A stretch of DNA of 64,000 bases from an uncultured Methylomirabilota bacterium. Its GTDB lineage: Bacteria > Methylomirabilota > Methylomirabilia > Methylomirabilales > 2-02-FULL-66-22. Shown one piece after another: positions 19,505 to 28,413 of this stretch. The stretch covers positions 1,216,001 through 1,280,000 of the forward strand of contig CAWJSJ010000002.1 of the NCBI GenBank assembly GCA_963845565.1, in the 5' to 3' direction. A model generated the notes under the pieces. That model was not told the DNA's origin and made no database searches. It worked only from the letters and a program-made list of their open reading frames with translations. A program made the position numbers and the translations under genes. The stretch's first letter is position 1. The number at the start of each line of letters is the position of its first letter.

Positions 19505-21029
19505 CCTCGGCCGAGAGATCCCCGAACGGTGGCACGGGAGACGGCTCGATCCCTACCGAGATCCCTGGTCGAGGAAGCCCGACGTGGACCGCGCCACACG
19601 CCCGCTGGTGCGCCGCAATCCCGGCGAGGGCAAGCTCCTGTCGTCGCTCCGCGAGGCCATCGAGAAGTGCGAGCCCCACGACGGTATGACGATTGCGACG
19701 CACCACCATCTGCGGAACGGCGATGTGCTGCTCAATCTGCTGGTCAAGGAGTTGGACGCCCTCGGGATCCGGGACGTGGGCATCGCCTCCAGCTCGGTCC
19801 ACCCCGTGCACGCGGAGTTGATCCCGTACATCCGCAAGGGGGTAGTCACGCGCATCGAGACCGGGGTCAACGGACTGATCGGGGAACTGGCGAGCAAGGG
19901 CGAACTGGAATGCCCAATCGTGGTCCGAAGCCACGGCGGGCGCGCCCGGTCGCTCGTCACGGGCGAGGTGGTGGTCGACGCCGCCTTCATTGCGGCCCCA
20001 TGCTGCGATCTGACGGGCAACCTCAACGGTATGCGCGGCCCATCGGCCTGCGGCAGCCTCGGCTACGCGTATACCGACGCGCGCTACGCGCGGAAGGTCG
20101 TTGCGGTCACCGACAACCTGGTTCGCTACCCGGCGGCGCCCGTCAGCATCTCACAGAGCGACGTGGACTGGGTGGTCCGGATCGACACACTAGGCGACCC
20201 CAAGAAGATCGTCTCGACGACCACGCGCATCACCCGCGATCCGGCCGGCCTCCAGATCGCCCGGTACGCCGCGGAGGTCATCGACGCCGCCGGCCTCCTG
20301 CGGGACGACTTCTCGTTCCAGACGGGGTCGGGCGGGATCTCCCTGGCTGTGGCCGACAACGTCAAGCGGAAGATGGCCGAGAAGAAGATCAAGGGAAGCT
20401 TCGGCTGCGGGGGCATCACCGGCTACTTCGTGGACATGCTCGAGGAAGGCTTTTTCGACACCTTGTTCGATGTGCAATGCTTCGATCTGCGCGCGGTGGA
20501 GTCCATCGGGCGAAACCTGAACCACCGCGAAATCAGCGCCGACCTGTACGCCAACCCGTTCAATCGCGGGTCGGTGGTCAACATGCTGGACTGCGTGATC
20601 CTCTCGGCCACCGAGATCGACGTCGACTTCAACGTCAACGTCAACACCGAGTCCAGCGGCCTTCTGCTGCACAACACCGGCGGCCACTGCGATACGGCGG
20701 CGGGGGCCAAACTTGCCATCGTGGTGGCGCCGAGCATCCGCGGTCGCCTGCCCATCATCCGAGAGTCGGTCACGAGCATCACCACACCGGGCGAGACGGT
20801 GGACGTGGTCGTGACCGAGCGGGGCATCGCCGTCGCCGATCGCCATCCGGAGCTGATCAAGGAACTCCTCCGTCGGAGGCTTCCGGTCAAGGATATCCGC
20901 CAGCTCCATGCGGACATCTGCGCCATCACAGGGGTCCCTCAGCCGATCGAGTTCGCGGACAAGATCGTCGCCGTCATCGAGTATCGGGACGGCTCTATCA
21001 TCGATGTCGTGCGCCAGATCAGGGAATGA
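19491..21029 (+). CDS. citF: Citrate lyase alpha subunit (ACP transferase)
   Basis: 'HHHLRNGD', 'RSHGGR', 'CGSLGYA', 'QTGSGG', 'GGHCDTAAGA', 'EYRDG'. Confidence 0.95.
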   Translation: MARNSLGREIPERWHGRRLDPYRDPWSRKPDVDRATRPLVRRNPGEGKLLSSLREAIEKCEPHDGMTIATHHHLRNGDVLLNLLVKELDALGIRDVGIASSSVHPVHAELIPYIRKGVVTRIETGVNGLIGELASKGELECPIVVRSHGGRARSLVTGEVVVDAAFIAAPCCDLTGNLNGMRGPSACGSLGYAYTDARYARKVVAVTDNLVRYPAAPVSISQSDVDWVVRIDTLGDPKKIVSTTTRITRDPAGLQIARYAAEVIDAAGLLRDDFSFQTGSGGISLAVADNVKRKMAEKKIKGSFGCGGITGYFVDMLEEGFFDTLFDVQCFDLRAVESIGRNLNHREISADLYANPFNRGSVVNMLDCVILSATEIDVDFNVNVNTESSGLLLHNTGGHCDTAAGAKLAIVVAPSIRGRLPIIRESVTSITTPGETVDVVVTERGIAVADRHPELIKELLRRRLPVKDIRQLHADICAITGVPQPIEFADKIVAVIEYRDGSIIDVVRQIRE

Positions 21030-21522
21030 CTATCTTGCCGCGCGCGACGCGCGGCACGAGCACGTCCTCGCCGCGTGCCGACTGGCTCGCGAGATGCGAG
21101 CGGGCGCGGTTATCGTCGTGAGCGTGAATATCCCCGGGCCGGACAAAAATCGTCCGGGGTTGGAGACGCTGGTACGGCGAAGCGCGGCCGCGCTCCATGC
21201 CGGCGGGGTGCACCAGACGGCGACGGTGGCCGGCACCGACCTCCTCGGCCCGTATCGAGTCCTCGTCGCGTCCGAACCGGCTTCGAAGGTCAAGACGGTG
21301 ACGGTTGCGCTGGAACGGGAGCTACCGGGGGGGCGGGTGCTGGATCTGGACGTCCTGACGTCCGATGGCGAGCCCGTGGACCGACGGAGCCTCGGACTCG
21401 AGCCGCGGTGCTGTTATGTGTGTGATCGACCGGCCCGCGAGTGCATCCTGCTCGCCCGACATCCCCTTGCGGAGCTTCTCGCCGCGGTGGATTCCCATCT
21501 CGCCTTGGCCCACGCTCCGTAA
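21004..21522 (+). CDS. citX: Apo-citrate lyase phosphoribosyl-dephospho-CoA transferase
   Basis: 'LAARDAR', 'VNIPGPDK', 'GRVLDLDV', 'RCCYVCDRPARECI..RH'; the in-frame ATG 21004 overlaps the end of citF. Confidence 0.85.
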   Translation: MSCARSGNDYLAARDARHEHVLAACRLAREMRAGAVIVVSVNIPGPDKNRPGLETLVRRSAAALHAGGVHQTATVAGTDLLGPYRVLVASEPASKVKTVTVALERELPGGRVLDLDVLTSDGEPVDRRSLGLEPRCCYVCDRPARECILLARHPLAELLAAVDSHLALAHAP

Positions 21523-22360
21523 GCTGGCGCGAAGCCTTGCGCTTGGCGCACGTCGCGAGCTGGATCTCACACCCAAGCCGGGGTTGGTGGACCGCGACGA
21601 CAACGGGTCCCATCCCGACCTGACCTACGCCCAGATGCGCGCCTCGGTACGCCTGCTGCCGGAATACTACGCCGACCTGATCGCGCGACTTCGAGCCGGT
21701 TCCCCTTTTGCCTCCTGCATTGAAGCCGGGCGTCTGGCCGAGGCCAGAATGCTCGCCCGGGTGGGCGGCAATACCCATCGGGGCTATATTTTTCTCTCGG
21801 GACTGACGCTCGTCGCGACACACCGAGCGCAGGGCGTGCTCGGACGGCTGGGAAGCGCCGTGGCCGACGCGGCCAAGGAATTCTTCTGCGCCGCGCCGAT
21901 GGGGAACTCGCACGGCAGCCGGGCAAGCCACGCCTTCGGCGTCGGCGGAATCCGCCGGGAAGCCGAGGTCGGGCTCCCCTCGGTGTTCGAGGCGGCGTGG
22001 CCCTGCTATGCGAGTAGCCTGCAGCGGGACGGAGATCGGACGCGGGCCGAGTACTACGCCATGGCCTCGCTGATGCAGCGCCTCGAGGATACGACCGCGC
22101 TCCACCGCTGCGGGCCGGCGGGTCTCGACCGCGTCCGGGCAGACGGCCGGGAGCTTCAGACGCTGCTGGATGGAGGGAGCGACCCGCGCGCGTTTCTCCG
22201 ACTGCGCAATGCAGCGTATCGACGGGTGGGGCTGACGATGGGGGGCGTGGCCGACTGCCTGGCCCTCACCATGGCATTGCAGCACTGCTTCGGCGGAGGA
22301 CCAGCGCTCAGAAGACCCGCCGCCGCGAGCGAACGGCCAGGTGTGGCATCCGACAGGTAG
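21491..22360 (+). CDS. citG: Triphosphoribosyl-dephospho-CoA synthase (start uncertain)
   Basis: 'ELDLTPKPGLVD..DNGSHPD', 'GNTHRG', 'DTTALHRCG', 'MGGVADCL'. Confidence 0.88.
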   Translation: MPISPWPTLRKLARSLALGARRELDLTPKPGLVDRDDNGSHPDLTYAQMRASVRLLPEYYADLIARLRAGSPFASCIEAGRLAEARMLARVGGNTHRGYIFLSGLTLVATHRAQGVLGRLGSAVADAAKEFFCAAPMGNSHGSRASHAFGVGGIRREAEVGLPSVFEAAWPCYASSLQRDGDRTRAEYYAMASLMQRLEDTTALHRCGPAGLDRVRADGRELQTLLDGGSDPRAFLRLRNAAYRRVGLTMGGVADCLALTMALQHCFGGGPALRRPAAASERPGVASDR

Positions 22361-22374
22361 CGCGCAGAATTCTC

Positions 22375-23232
22375 CTACCCCTTCACCGCCCCCCGCGCCA
22401 GCCCTTCCACGTAGAACCGCTGCAGGAACAGGTACAGGACAATCGTCGGGAGGCTTCCGATGAGGGAGGCGGCCGTCAGCATCGGCCACTGGATCACGAA
22501 TTCGCCGACGAGGAACGCAACCGCCAGGGTCACGGTTCGCTTCTCGTCGATGGACACGAGACAGAGGGCCCAGAGCAGGTCCTGCCAGGCGAGCAGGAAC
22601 GCGAAGAGCAGTGTCGAGACGGTGCCCGGGACTGCGACCGGGCAGATAATCCGAAAAAAGATCTGGAGCCGCGAGGCGCCATCCACCAGACCGGCCTCGT
22701 CCAGTTCCTTGGGAATGGAATCGAAATAACCCTTGGACATCCATGCGGCGAACGGCAAGCAGATCGTCACATAGGCGATGATCAACCCGGTGAGCGTATT
22801 GTATAGGTCGAGTGCCGCAAGGATCTGGAAGTAGGGGCCGATGACCAAGACGCCCGAGATCATCTGGGTTGCCAAGAAGAACGCGAGCAGGCTGGTCCGG
22901 CCACGGAACTGGAAGCGGGAAAATCCGTACCCGGCCAGGGCGCCCACCACTGTCGAGAGAACAGCGGTCACGCCCGAGACCACCATGCTGTTCCAGAAGT
23001 AGAGCGCGAAGGGCTTCAGCGTCCACATCTCGCTGTACGCTTGGAGCGTGAACTGCTTCGGGATCAAGCGTACGGGCAGGCTCAACGCCTCCGCCTCGCT
23101 CTTGAAGGAGGTGGAAAGCATGAAGACGAAGGGAAAGATCGCGAACGCAGCGCACAGGGCGAGAAGACTGTAGGAGACCACGGCGTCAACCCGCCGCTCC
23201 CGTTGCTCGGATGACAACGTCGTGCTCTTCAT
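22375..23232 (-). CDS. Carbohydrate ABC permease (MalG-like)
   Basis: 'FWNSMVVS', EAA motif 'IPKELDEAGLVDGA', 'GLARGAVKG'; ATG overlaps the upstream TGA. Confidence 0.92.
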   Translation of the reverse strand: MKSTTLSSEQRERRVDAVVSYSLLALCAAFAIFPFVFMLSTSFKSEAEALSLPVRLIPKQFTLQAYSEMWTLKPFALYFWNSMVVSGVTAVLSTVVGALAGYGFSRFQFRGRTSLLAFFLATQMISGVLVIGPYFQILAALDLYNTLTGLIIAYVTICLPFAAWMSKGYFDSIPKELDEAGLVDGASRLQIFFRIICPVAVPGTVSTLLFAFLLAWQDLLWALCLVSIDEKRTVTLAVAFLVGEFVIQWPMLTAASLIGSLPTIVLYLFLQRFYVEGLARGAVKG

Positions 23233-24104
23233 CGCTCCCTCCCCACGAGAATGATGTAGGGCAGGCTTAAGATGAAGAGGACCACGCTCATGAGAATGGC
23301 CATGGCCGAGGCATATTCGAAAGTGAAGAACTGAAAGTAGGTCTTGTACACCAAGGTAGAGAGGACCTCGGTCAAGGTCCCAGGACCGCCGCCTGTCATG
23401 GCGACGACCAGGGCGAACCGACGGAACTCCCAGACCATGTCCAGTGCCAGGGCGATGATGATGATGGTACTGAGGCCGGGAAGCGTGATGTGAAAGAACC
23501 GCCTCAGCTTCCCCGCCCCGTCCACGGCGGCCGCCTCGTACAGTTCTCGGGGAATGGCCATGAGTCCCGCCAGGAGCATCACCATCACCAGGGGATAGCC
23601 GCGCCACACATTGGCGATGATCACGGACGGGAAGGCGAGAGTAGGGCTGGAGAGCCACTGGAACTCGGCGGGAAAGCTCGGGAGAATCATGCGGATCAGC
23701 GGGTTCATCGCGCCGTGGATGGGGTTCAGGACCCAGCGAAAAAGGATACCGGCCACCACGTCGGGGATCGTCCAGGGGATGAGAGCCACCAGTCGGAAGA
23801 ACGTCTGGCCGGGGAGCGCCTGGTTCAGCGCAAGCGCCAGGCCGAGACCCAGGACGAAATGACCGGCCAGGCTCCAGGCGACGAAGGCAACGGTGTTCTT
23901 GAAGGTCTGCCACAGCACCGGGTCGCGGAACGCCTTCTGATAATGGGTCAGAGTGAGGTTCCAGCCGCTGCCCCCTTCGGGGGTGATGCTCGCCTTGAGG
24001 GTGATGAACGCCGGGAAAATCAGGACGGCAGCCAGCATCAATGTGGCAGGCAAGACGAAGAAGTACCCGAGGTGGCGATCGTGCCAGGCATGGCCTGAAC
24101 GCAT
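23229..24104 (-). CDS. Carbohydrate ABC permease (MalF-like)
   Basis: 'IPRELYEAAAVDGA', 'MTGGGPG', 'YASAMA'. Confidence 0.92.
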   Translation of the reverse strand: MRSGHAWHDRHLGYFFVLPATLMLAAVLIFPAFITLKASITPEGGSGWNLTLTHYQKAFRDPVLWQTFKNTVAFVAWSLAGHFVLGLGLALALNQALPGQTFFRLVALIPWTIPDVVAGILFRWVLNPIHGAMNPLIRMILPSFPAEFQWLSSPTLAFPSVIIANVWRGYPLVMVMLLAGLMAIPRELYEAAAVDGAGKLRRFFHITLPGLSTIIIIALALDMVWEFRRFALVVAMTGGGPGTLTEVLSTLVYKTYFQFFTFEYASAMAILMSVVLFILSLPYIILVGRER

Positions 24105-24125
24105 CGTAAGCTCCCGCCATCAGAC

Positions 24126-24165
24126 AACGAGCCAGGGGGGAAGAATTATTCCCCCCTGGCTCGTT
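24126..24165. terminator. Perfect 17-bp stem-loop between the SBP and permease genes
   Basis: AACGAGCCAGGGGGGAA-GAATTA-TTCCCCCCTGGCTCGTT. Confidence 0.7.
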
Positions 24166-24189
24166 CGGAGTCAACAGGGAAGGGAACGA

Positions 24190-25476
24190 TTACTGACCGC
24201 TGAGGGTTCGATTGGCCGACGCGTGGGCGTCTTTCAGGGCCTGCTCGGGAGTCTTCTGGCCCGAGAACGCCTCTTGCACAGCCGTGATCACGGCGTCACC
24301 GATCTTCGGCCATTCGGGAATCCGCGGCTCGAGCTTCGCGAACGGGGCCTGGGCCGAATAGACCTTGGCGAACTTGTCATTCTGCATCGCGGGACCGTTC
24401 TTGACGTCCAGCCGCGCGGATAGGACGGCGGCGATCTGGAAGTTCCGCAGCTGGATGTCGTGGCCGTACCAGTACTTGTACACCTTCCAGGCCGCCTCGG
24501 GGTTCTTGGTGGAGGCGCTGATGACGCGCATCCCGTACTCGGCCGCGGTCACCTTCTTCTTGGGGCCCGCCGGGACCGGCACAGCGGTCAGCGTCTCGGT
24601 CACCTTCATGTTGGGGTTGATGGCCTGTACGATCTTCCACGCCTGGGGCACCGAGATGTTCATGGAAACCTTCTCATGCGCGACCTGCGTCCGGACCTCC
24701 TGCGCCCCTTGTTCGATCACGCCCGGCGGCACCACCTTGTGCTTGGTGAACAGCTCCACGTAGAACTTGAAGCCCTCGAGAAATTCCGGGGTGTCCATGG
24801 CAGAGCGCTTGCCGTCCGCCGTGAGGAACTCGCCGCCCGCGCCCCAGATGAACGGGTTGAGGCGCATGAAGAGGCCCTCCTGGCGGGCGCCGATGAGGCC
24901 GATGCCGTACCGGGAGCCGGTCGTCAGTTTCTTGGAGTACTCCACGAGCTGATCCCACGTGGCTGGCGGTTTGGTGGGATCCAGCCCGACCTCCCTGTAG
25001 TGATTCATGTTAATGAGCATCCCCATGGGGTTCACGAAGTCGGGGAGGCAGTAGATCTTCCCCTTGTACTTGCAAACCTCCAGGGCGGCCTGGTCGTACT
25101 GGGCGAGGAACTTCTGGCCGCCTTCTTTCTCGATGAAGGGGTCGAGGGCCAAGAGGTAGCCCCGCTCCGCGAACATGGGGATGGGCCGGTGCTGGAAGTG
25201 CGCGATATCGGCGGCTGCCTTGGCCTGCGAGGTGGCCGTGTAGACGGTCTCCTTGTCGGCGTAGCGGCTCTCGTCGCGGACGACCTCGATCCCGGGGTTC
25301 GCCTTGTTGAAATCATCCTTGAACGCATCCAGAGCATTGACCCAGGGCTTCTCGCCCCAGTGCCAGGTCTGGAACCGGATCTTGACGTTTTCCCCCGCCG
25401 CCGCCGGGCTGGCGATCACAACGGCGAACCCAAGGATCAGCGCCCCGACGATCCACCGTCGACTACGACGTGCCAT
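24190..25476 (-). CDS. Carbohydrate ABC substrate-binding protein (family 1)
   Basis: Signal peptide, 'PPATWDQL', 'KTPEQALKDA'; AGGAGG RBS. Confidence 0.9.
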   Translation of the reverse strand: MARRSRRWIVGALILGFAVVIASPAAAGENVKIRFQTWHWGEKPWVNALDAFKDDFNKANPGIEVVRDESRYADKETVYTATSQAKAAADIAHFQHRPIPMFAERGYLLALDPFIEKEGGQKFLAQYDQAALEVCKYKGKIYCLPDFVNPMGMLINMNHYREVGLDPTKPPATWDQLVEYSKKLTTGSRYGIGLIGARQEGLFMRLNPFIWGAGGEFLTADGKRSAMDTPEFLEGFKFYVELFTKHKVVPPGVIEQGAQEVRTQVAHEKVSMNISVPQAWKIVQAINPNMKVTETLTAVPVPAGPKKKVTAAEYGMRVISASTKNPEAAWKVYKYWYGHDIQLRNFQIAAVLSARLDVKNGPAMQNDKFAKVYSAQAPFAKLEPRIPEWPKIGDAVITAVQEAFSGQKTPEQALKDAHASANRTLSGQ

Positions 25477-25762
25477 GACACACCTCCTGTTTCGCTGAGA
25501 TATCATTTCCACACGCGGGCGCGACCTGCGCCCATCCGATTCGAGCATCTGAGAGATACCGCTTTCGGTTCCAGGCTGTCAAGCCAATCCGCAGGGGCAG
25601 GCATCTGATGCCCACCCTGGCGGACCATACGCGCCGTCACTCCCGCATCCCAGAGACGGACGCGCCCTCGCGACGGCAATGGCCACGTCGGCCGCTCGTT
25701 CCGAAATTATCGCTTGACAGCGGCAAAGCGTCCGAGGTACCAATTCTCCACAATGTAAACAT

Positions 25763-25780
25763 AGTTCCATATGTGGAACT
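25763..25780. promoter_or_regulatory. Putative IclR operator AGTTCCA-TATG-TGGAACT
   Basis: Perfect 7-bp-arm palindrome in the divergent intergenic region, downstream of TTGACA (25714) and upstream of the IclR gene. Confidence 0.6.
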
Positions 25781-25836
25781 GTGTCGCCGCGCGATCCGCG
25801 ACGTCTCGCTCGACCCGGACACGGGAGCCCACCGTC

Positions 25837-26675
25837 ATGAGCAGTGTCGTCAAGGTCTTCCACATCCTCGAGACCATCGTCTCCCACCAGGAGCGCGGCC
25901 TGGCCTATTCCGAGGTGGTGGCCAAGACGCAACTGCCCAAGGCTACCACCCATCGGGTCCTCAAGTCCTTGGTCGAGATGGGGTACGTCCGGTTCAACGC
26001 CGAGGCCGGGCGGTACTCCGGCGACCTCAAGCTGGCGTTGCTTGGCTCCGCGGTGACGTCCCACTTCACGCTGAAGGATTTCGTCCGGCCGCACCTCCGC
26101 GCGCTGCAGGCCGAGACCGGGCATACCTGCAATCTCGGCGTCCTCGACGGGGATGCCGGGGTCTATCTGGACAAGCTCGAATCGCCCGAGGCGTTCCGCG
26201 TCCGGCTCTATTCCGACATCGGAAAGCGGTTTCCGCTCCATTGCACGGGTATGGGGAAGATCCTGTTGGCGGGGATGCGCCCGGCGGAGGCGAGCAGGAT
26301 TCTCGCGCGCCGGCTCAAGGTGTTCACGCCCCACACCATCACCGATCCGGTCACGCTCAAGCGCGAACTGGATCGGGTGCGACGCTGCGGGTATGCACTG
26401 GATCGGGAAGAGATCACGCGCGGGAATCGTGTGCATCGCGGCGCCGATCCGGAATCCGGATGGGGAGACGGTGGCGGCCATCAGCGTCGCGTTTCCCGTC
26501 TATATCAGCCGCGAGCGCGGAATGCGCGACGACATTCGTGTCCGTGACCAGATGTGCGACCGCGATCACGGCGGCGCTCCAGGGATCGGGGGCGTCGGCC
26601 CACGGTCGGGCGGTAGCGCACGACCAGTCGGACCGCGCGTCAACCGCAGCACGGCTGATCCGGCGCCCCGGGTGA
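25837..26675 (+). CDS. IclR-family regulator with two apparent +1 frameshifts (about 26423 and about 26541)
   Basis: HTH 'LPKATTHRVLKSL', 'PLHCTGMGK', 'GYALDREE'; the expected 'GIVCIAAPI...VAAISV' and terminal helix 'VTRCATAITAAL' lie in successive frames. Confidence 0.85.
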
Positions 26676-26863
26676 GTGTTCGGGAGGATAGCGCGGGAAA
26701 CGGTCTGCGGTGTTCGTACACCGCAGCGAGGCCGTTCGGCGACATGGTGGCGGCCGGCGGATTCGGGCTCGCGAGTTGCGTGGTCGAGGGGAATCAACCG
26801 CCCCGGTTTCGACGGATGCCGGGGCTCTCAGTGGCTCGAACGCAAGAGCCAAAGGAGGCAGCG

Positions 26864-27232
26864 ATGGCCGAGGACAAGCCGAAATACTATTACCGGATCA
26901 AGGATGTGCCGCTGGTGCCGCTCACCGAGAAGGTCGGGACCCGGTTCATCAAGGGGGACAACGTTCTACTGAGCTTCATCGAGCAGCCTCCGGGGGCGAC
27001 GTTCGCGATCCACAGCCATCCGGTGGAGCAGATCCTGGTGATCCTGGAGGGCTCGGAGGAGCACGTCTGCGGGGACCAGAAGTTCCTGATGCAGGCGGGC
27101 GACGTGTGTATTCATCCCGCCAACGTACCCCATGGGGGAAGCACGCCGACGGGGTTCAAGGGGATCGACATCTTCATCCCGCCGCGGGCGGACTACCTGG
27201 AACTGATGAAGAAGCACGGTCTGCTCAAGTAA
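26864..27232 (+). CDS. Cupin domain protein
   Basis: 'IHSHPVEQ' and 'IHPANVPHG' cupin metal motifs; AAAGGAGG RBS. Confidence 0.88.
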   Translation: MAEDKPKYYYRIKDVPLVPLTEKVGTRFIKGDNVLLSFIEQPPGATFAIHSHPVEQILVILEGSEEHVCGDQKFLMQAGDVCIHPANVPHGGSTPTGFKGIDIFIPPRADYLELMKKHGLLK

Positions 27233-27280
27233 GCCGTTGTCAAAGAATTAGTTGAGCGGAGACATTCCGAAACGGCATAA

Positions 27281-27331
27281 GGAGCCGTAACGAAATAGAA
27301 AGAGATGTCTAGGTTATTTCGTAACGGCTCC
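27281..27331. mobile_element. 51-bp IS footprint/mini-MITE with TAA direct repeats
   Basis: 17-bp TIRs GGAGCCGT(A/T)ACGAAATA (1 mismatch), flanked by TAA at 27278-27280 and 27332-27334. Confidence 0.6.
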
Positions 27332-27380
27332 TAACGGACACGACGGCTGGAAGTCATCACGCACACAGGAGGCAGGCGTC

Positions 27381-28379
27381 ATGAAGACGGGTATGCGGAT
27401 TGCGGTCGTGGTGGGGCTGGCGCTCGCCCTTGGCCTCTGGGCCGGCGGCGCCCAGGCGCAAATGACGATGAAGTTCGCCCATTTCGCGGACGAAGGCCAT
27501 CCGGGCCATCTGGCCGCTAAACAGTTTTCCGCCGCCGTGGAGCAGCGGACCAAGGGGCAGATCAAGATCCAGATCTTCCCCAACAACGCGCTCGGCGCGC
27601 CGCCGGAGCAGGCCGAGCAGGTGAAGATGGGCGTCACGGACATGGGGCTGCCCACCCAGGGCCAGTTCGACAAGTGGATCAAGGCCTTTGGCGTGGTGAT
27701 GCTTCCGTTCGCCTATGACGACTGGGATCACGTGCATCGGACGTTGGACGGCCCCTGCTTCGACTGGTTCAAGCAACTGGCCGAAAAGGAGGGGTTCATC
27801 CTCCTGTCCAACTGGGAGTACGGCTTCCGGAACCTGACCAACAACAAGCGGCCCATCAACACGCCCGACGATGTGAAGGGGTTGAAGATCCGGGTTCCGC
27901 CCGAGATGCAGATGACAGCCGCCTTCCAGGCCATGGGGGCGGTCACCGCCACCATCGCCTTCCCTGAAGTGTACATGGCTCTGGCGCAGGGTGTGGCGGA
28001 CGGCCAAGAGAACCCCATCTCGGTCATCTACTTCATGAAGTTCTACGAGGTCCAGAAGCACCTGGCCGTCACGCGGCACATCTACAACAACATGATCCAC
28101 ACCATCAGCGCCAAGACCTGGGCCAAGCTCACCCCCGAGCAAAAGACCATCTTCCAGGAGGAGAGCACAAAGGCCGGGGCGTGGATGCGCCAGCAGGTGG
28201 TCGCTCAGGAGGAGGACCTGATCAAGAAGATGCAGGCGGCAGGAACGCAGGTGACCCGCCCCAACCTGGCCCTGTTCCGCGCGGCCATGAAGCCGGCCTA
28301 CGACAAGATCTCGGCCTATGCGGGTCAGGAAAACGCCAAGAGGTTCCTTGAGTACGTGGAGGCGGCCCGGAAGAAGTAG
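27381..28379 (+). CDS. dctP: TRAP substrate-binding protein
   Basis: 'GFRNLTNNKRPI', 'GLKIRVP', 'ALAQGVADGQENP'. Confidence 0.93.
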   Translation: MKTGMRIAVVVGLALALGLWAGGAQAQMTMKFAHFADEGHPGHLAAKQFSAAVEQRTKGQIKIQIFPNNALGAPPEQAEQVKMGVTDMGLPTQGQFDKWIKAFGVVMLPFAYDDWDHVHRTLDGPCFDWFKQLAEKEGFILLSNWEYGFRNLTNNKRPINTPDDVKGLKIRVPPEMQMTAAFQAMGAVTATIAFPEVYMALAQGVADGQENPISVIYFMKFYEVQKHLAVTRHIYNNMIHTISAKTWAKLTPEQKTIFQEESTKAGAWMRQQVVAQEEDLIKKMQAAGTQVTRPNLALFRAAMKPAYDKISAYAGQENAKRFLEYVEAARKK

Positions 28380-28413
28380 GCCGAAAGGGTTTCAGGCGAG
28401 GAGCGCGAGATTG

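Noticed and set aside
22375..24174. 599-aa minus-strand ORF suggesting a fused double permease
   Set aside because: Its upstream part is an off-frame shadow of the MalF-like gene. The real gene starts at ATG 23232, overlapping the upstream stop.
26153..27232. Apparent IclR C-terminus-cupin fusion (359 aa)
   Set aside because: Artefact of the IclR frameshifts; the cupin has its own strong RBS and ATG at 26864.
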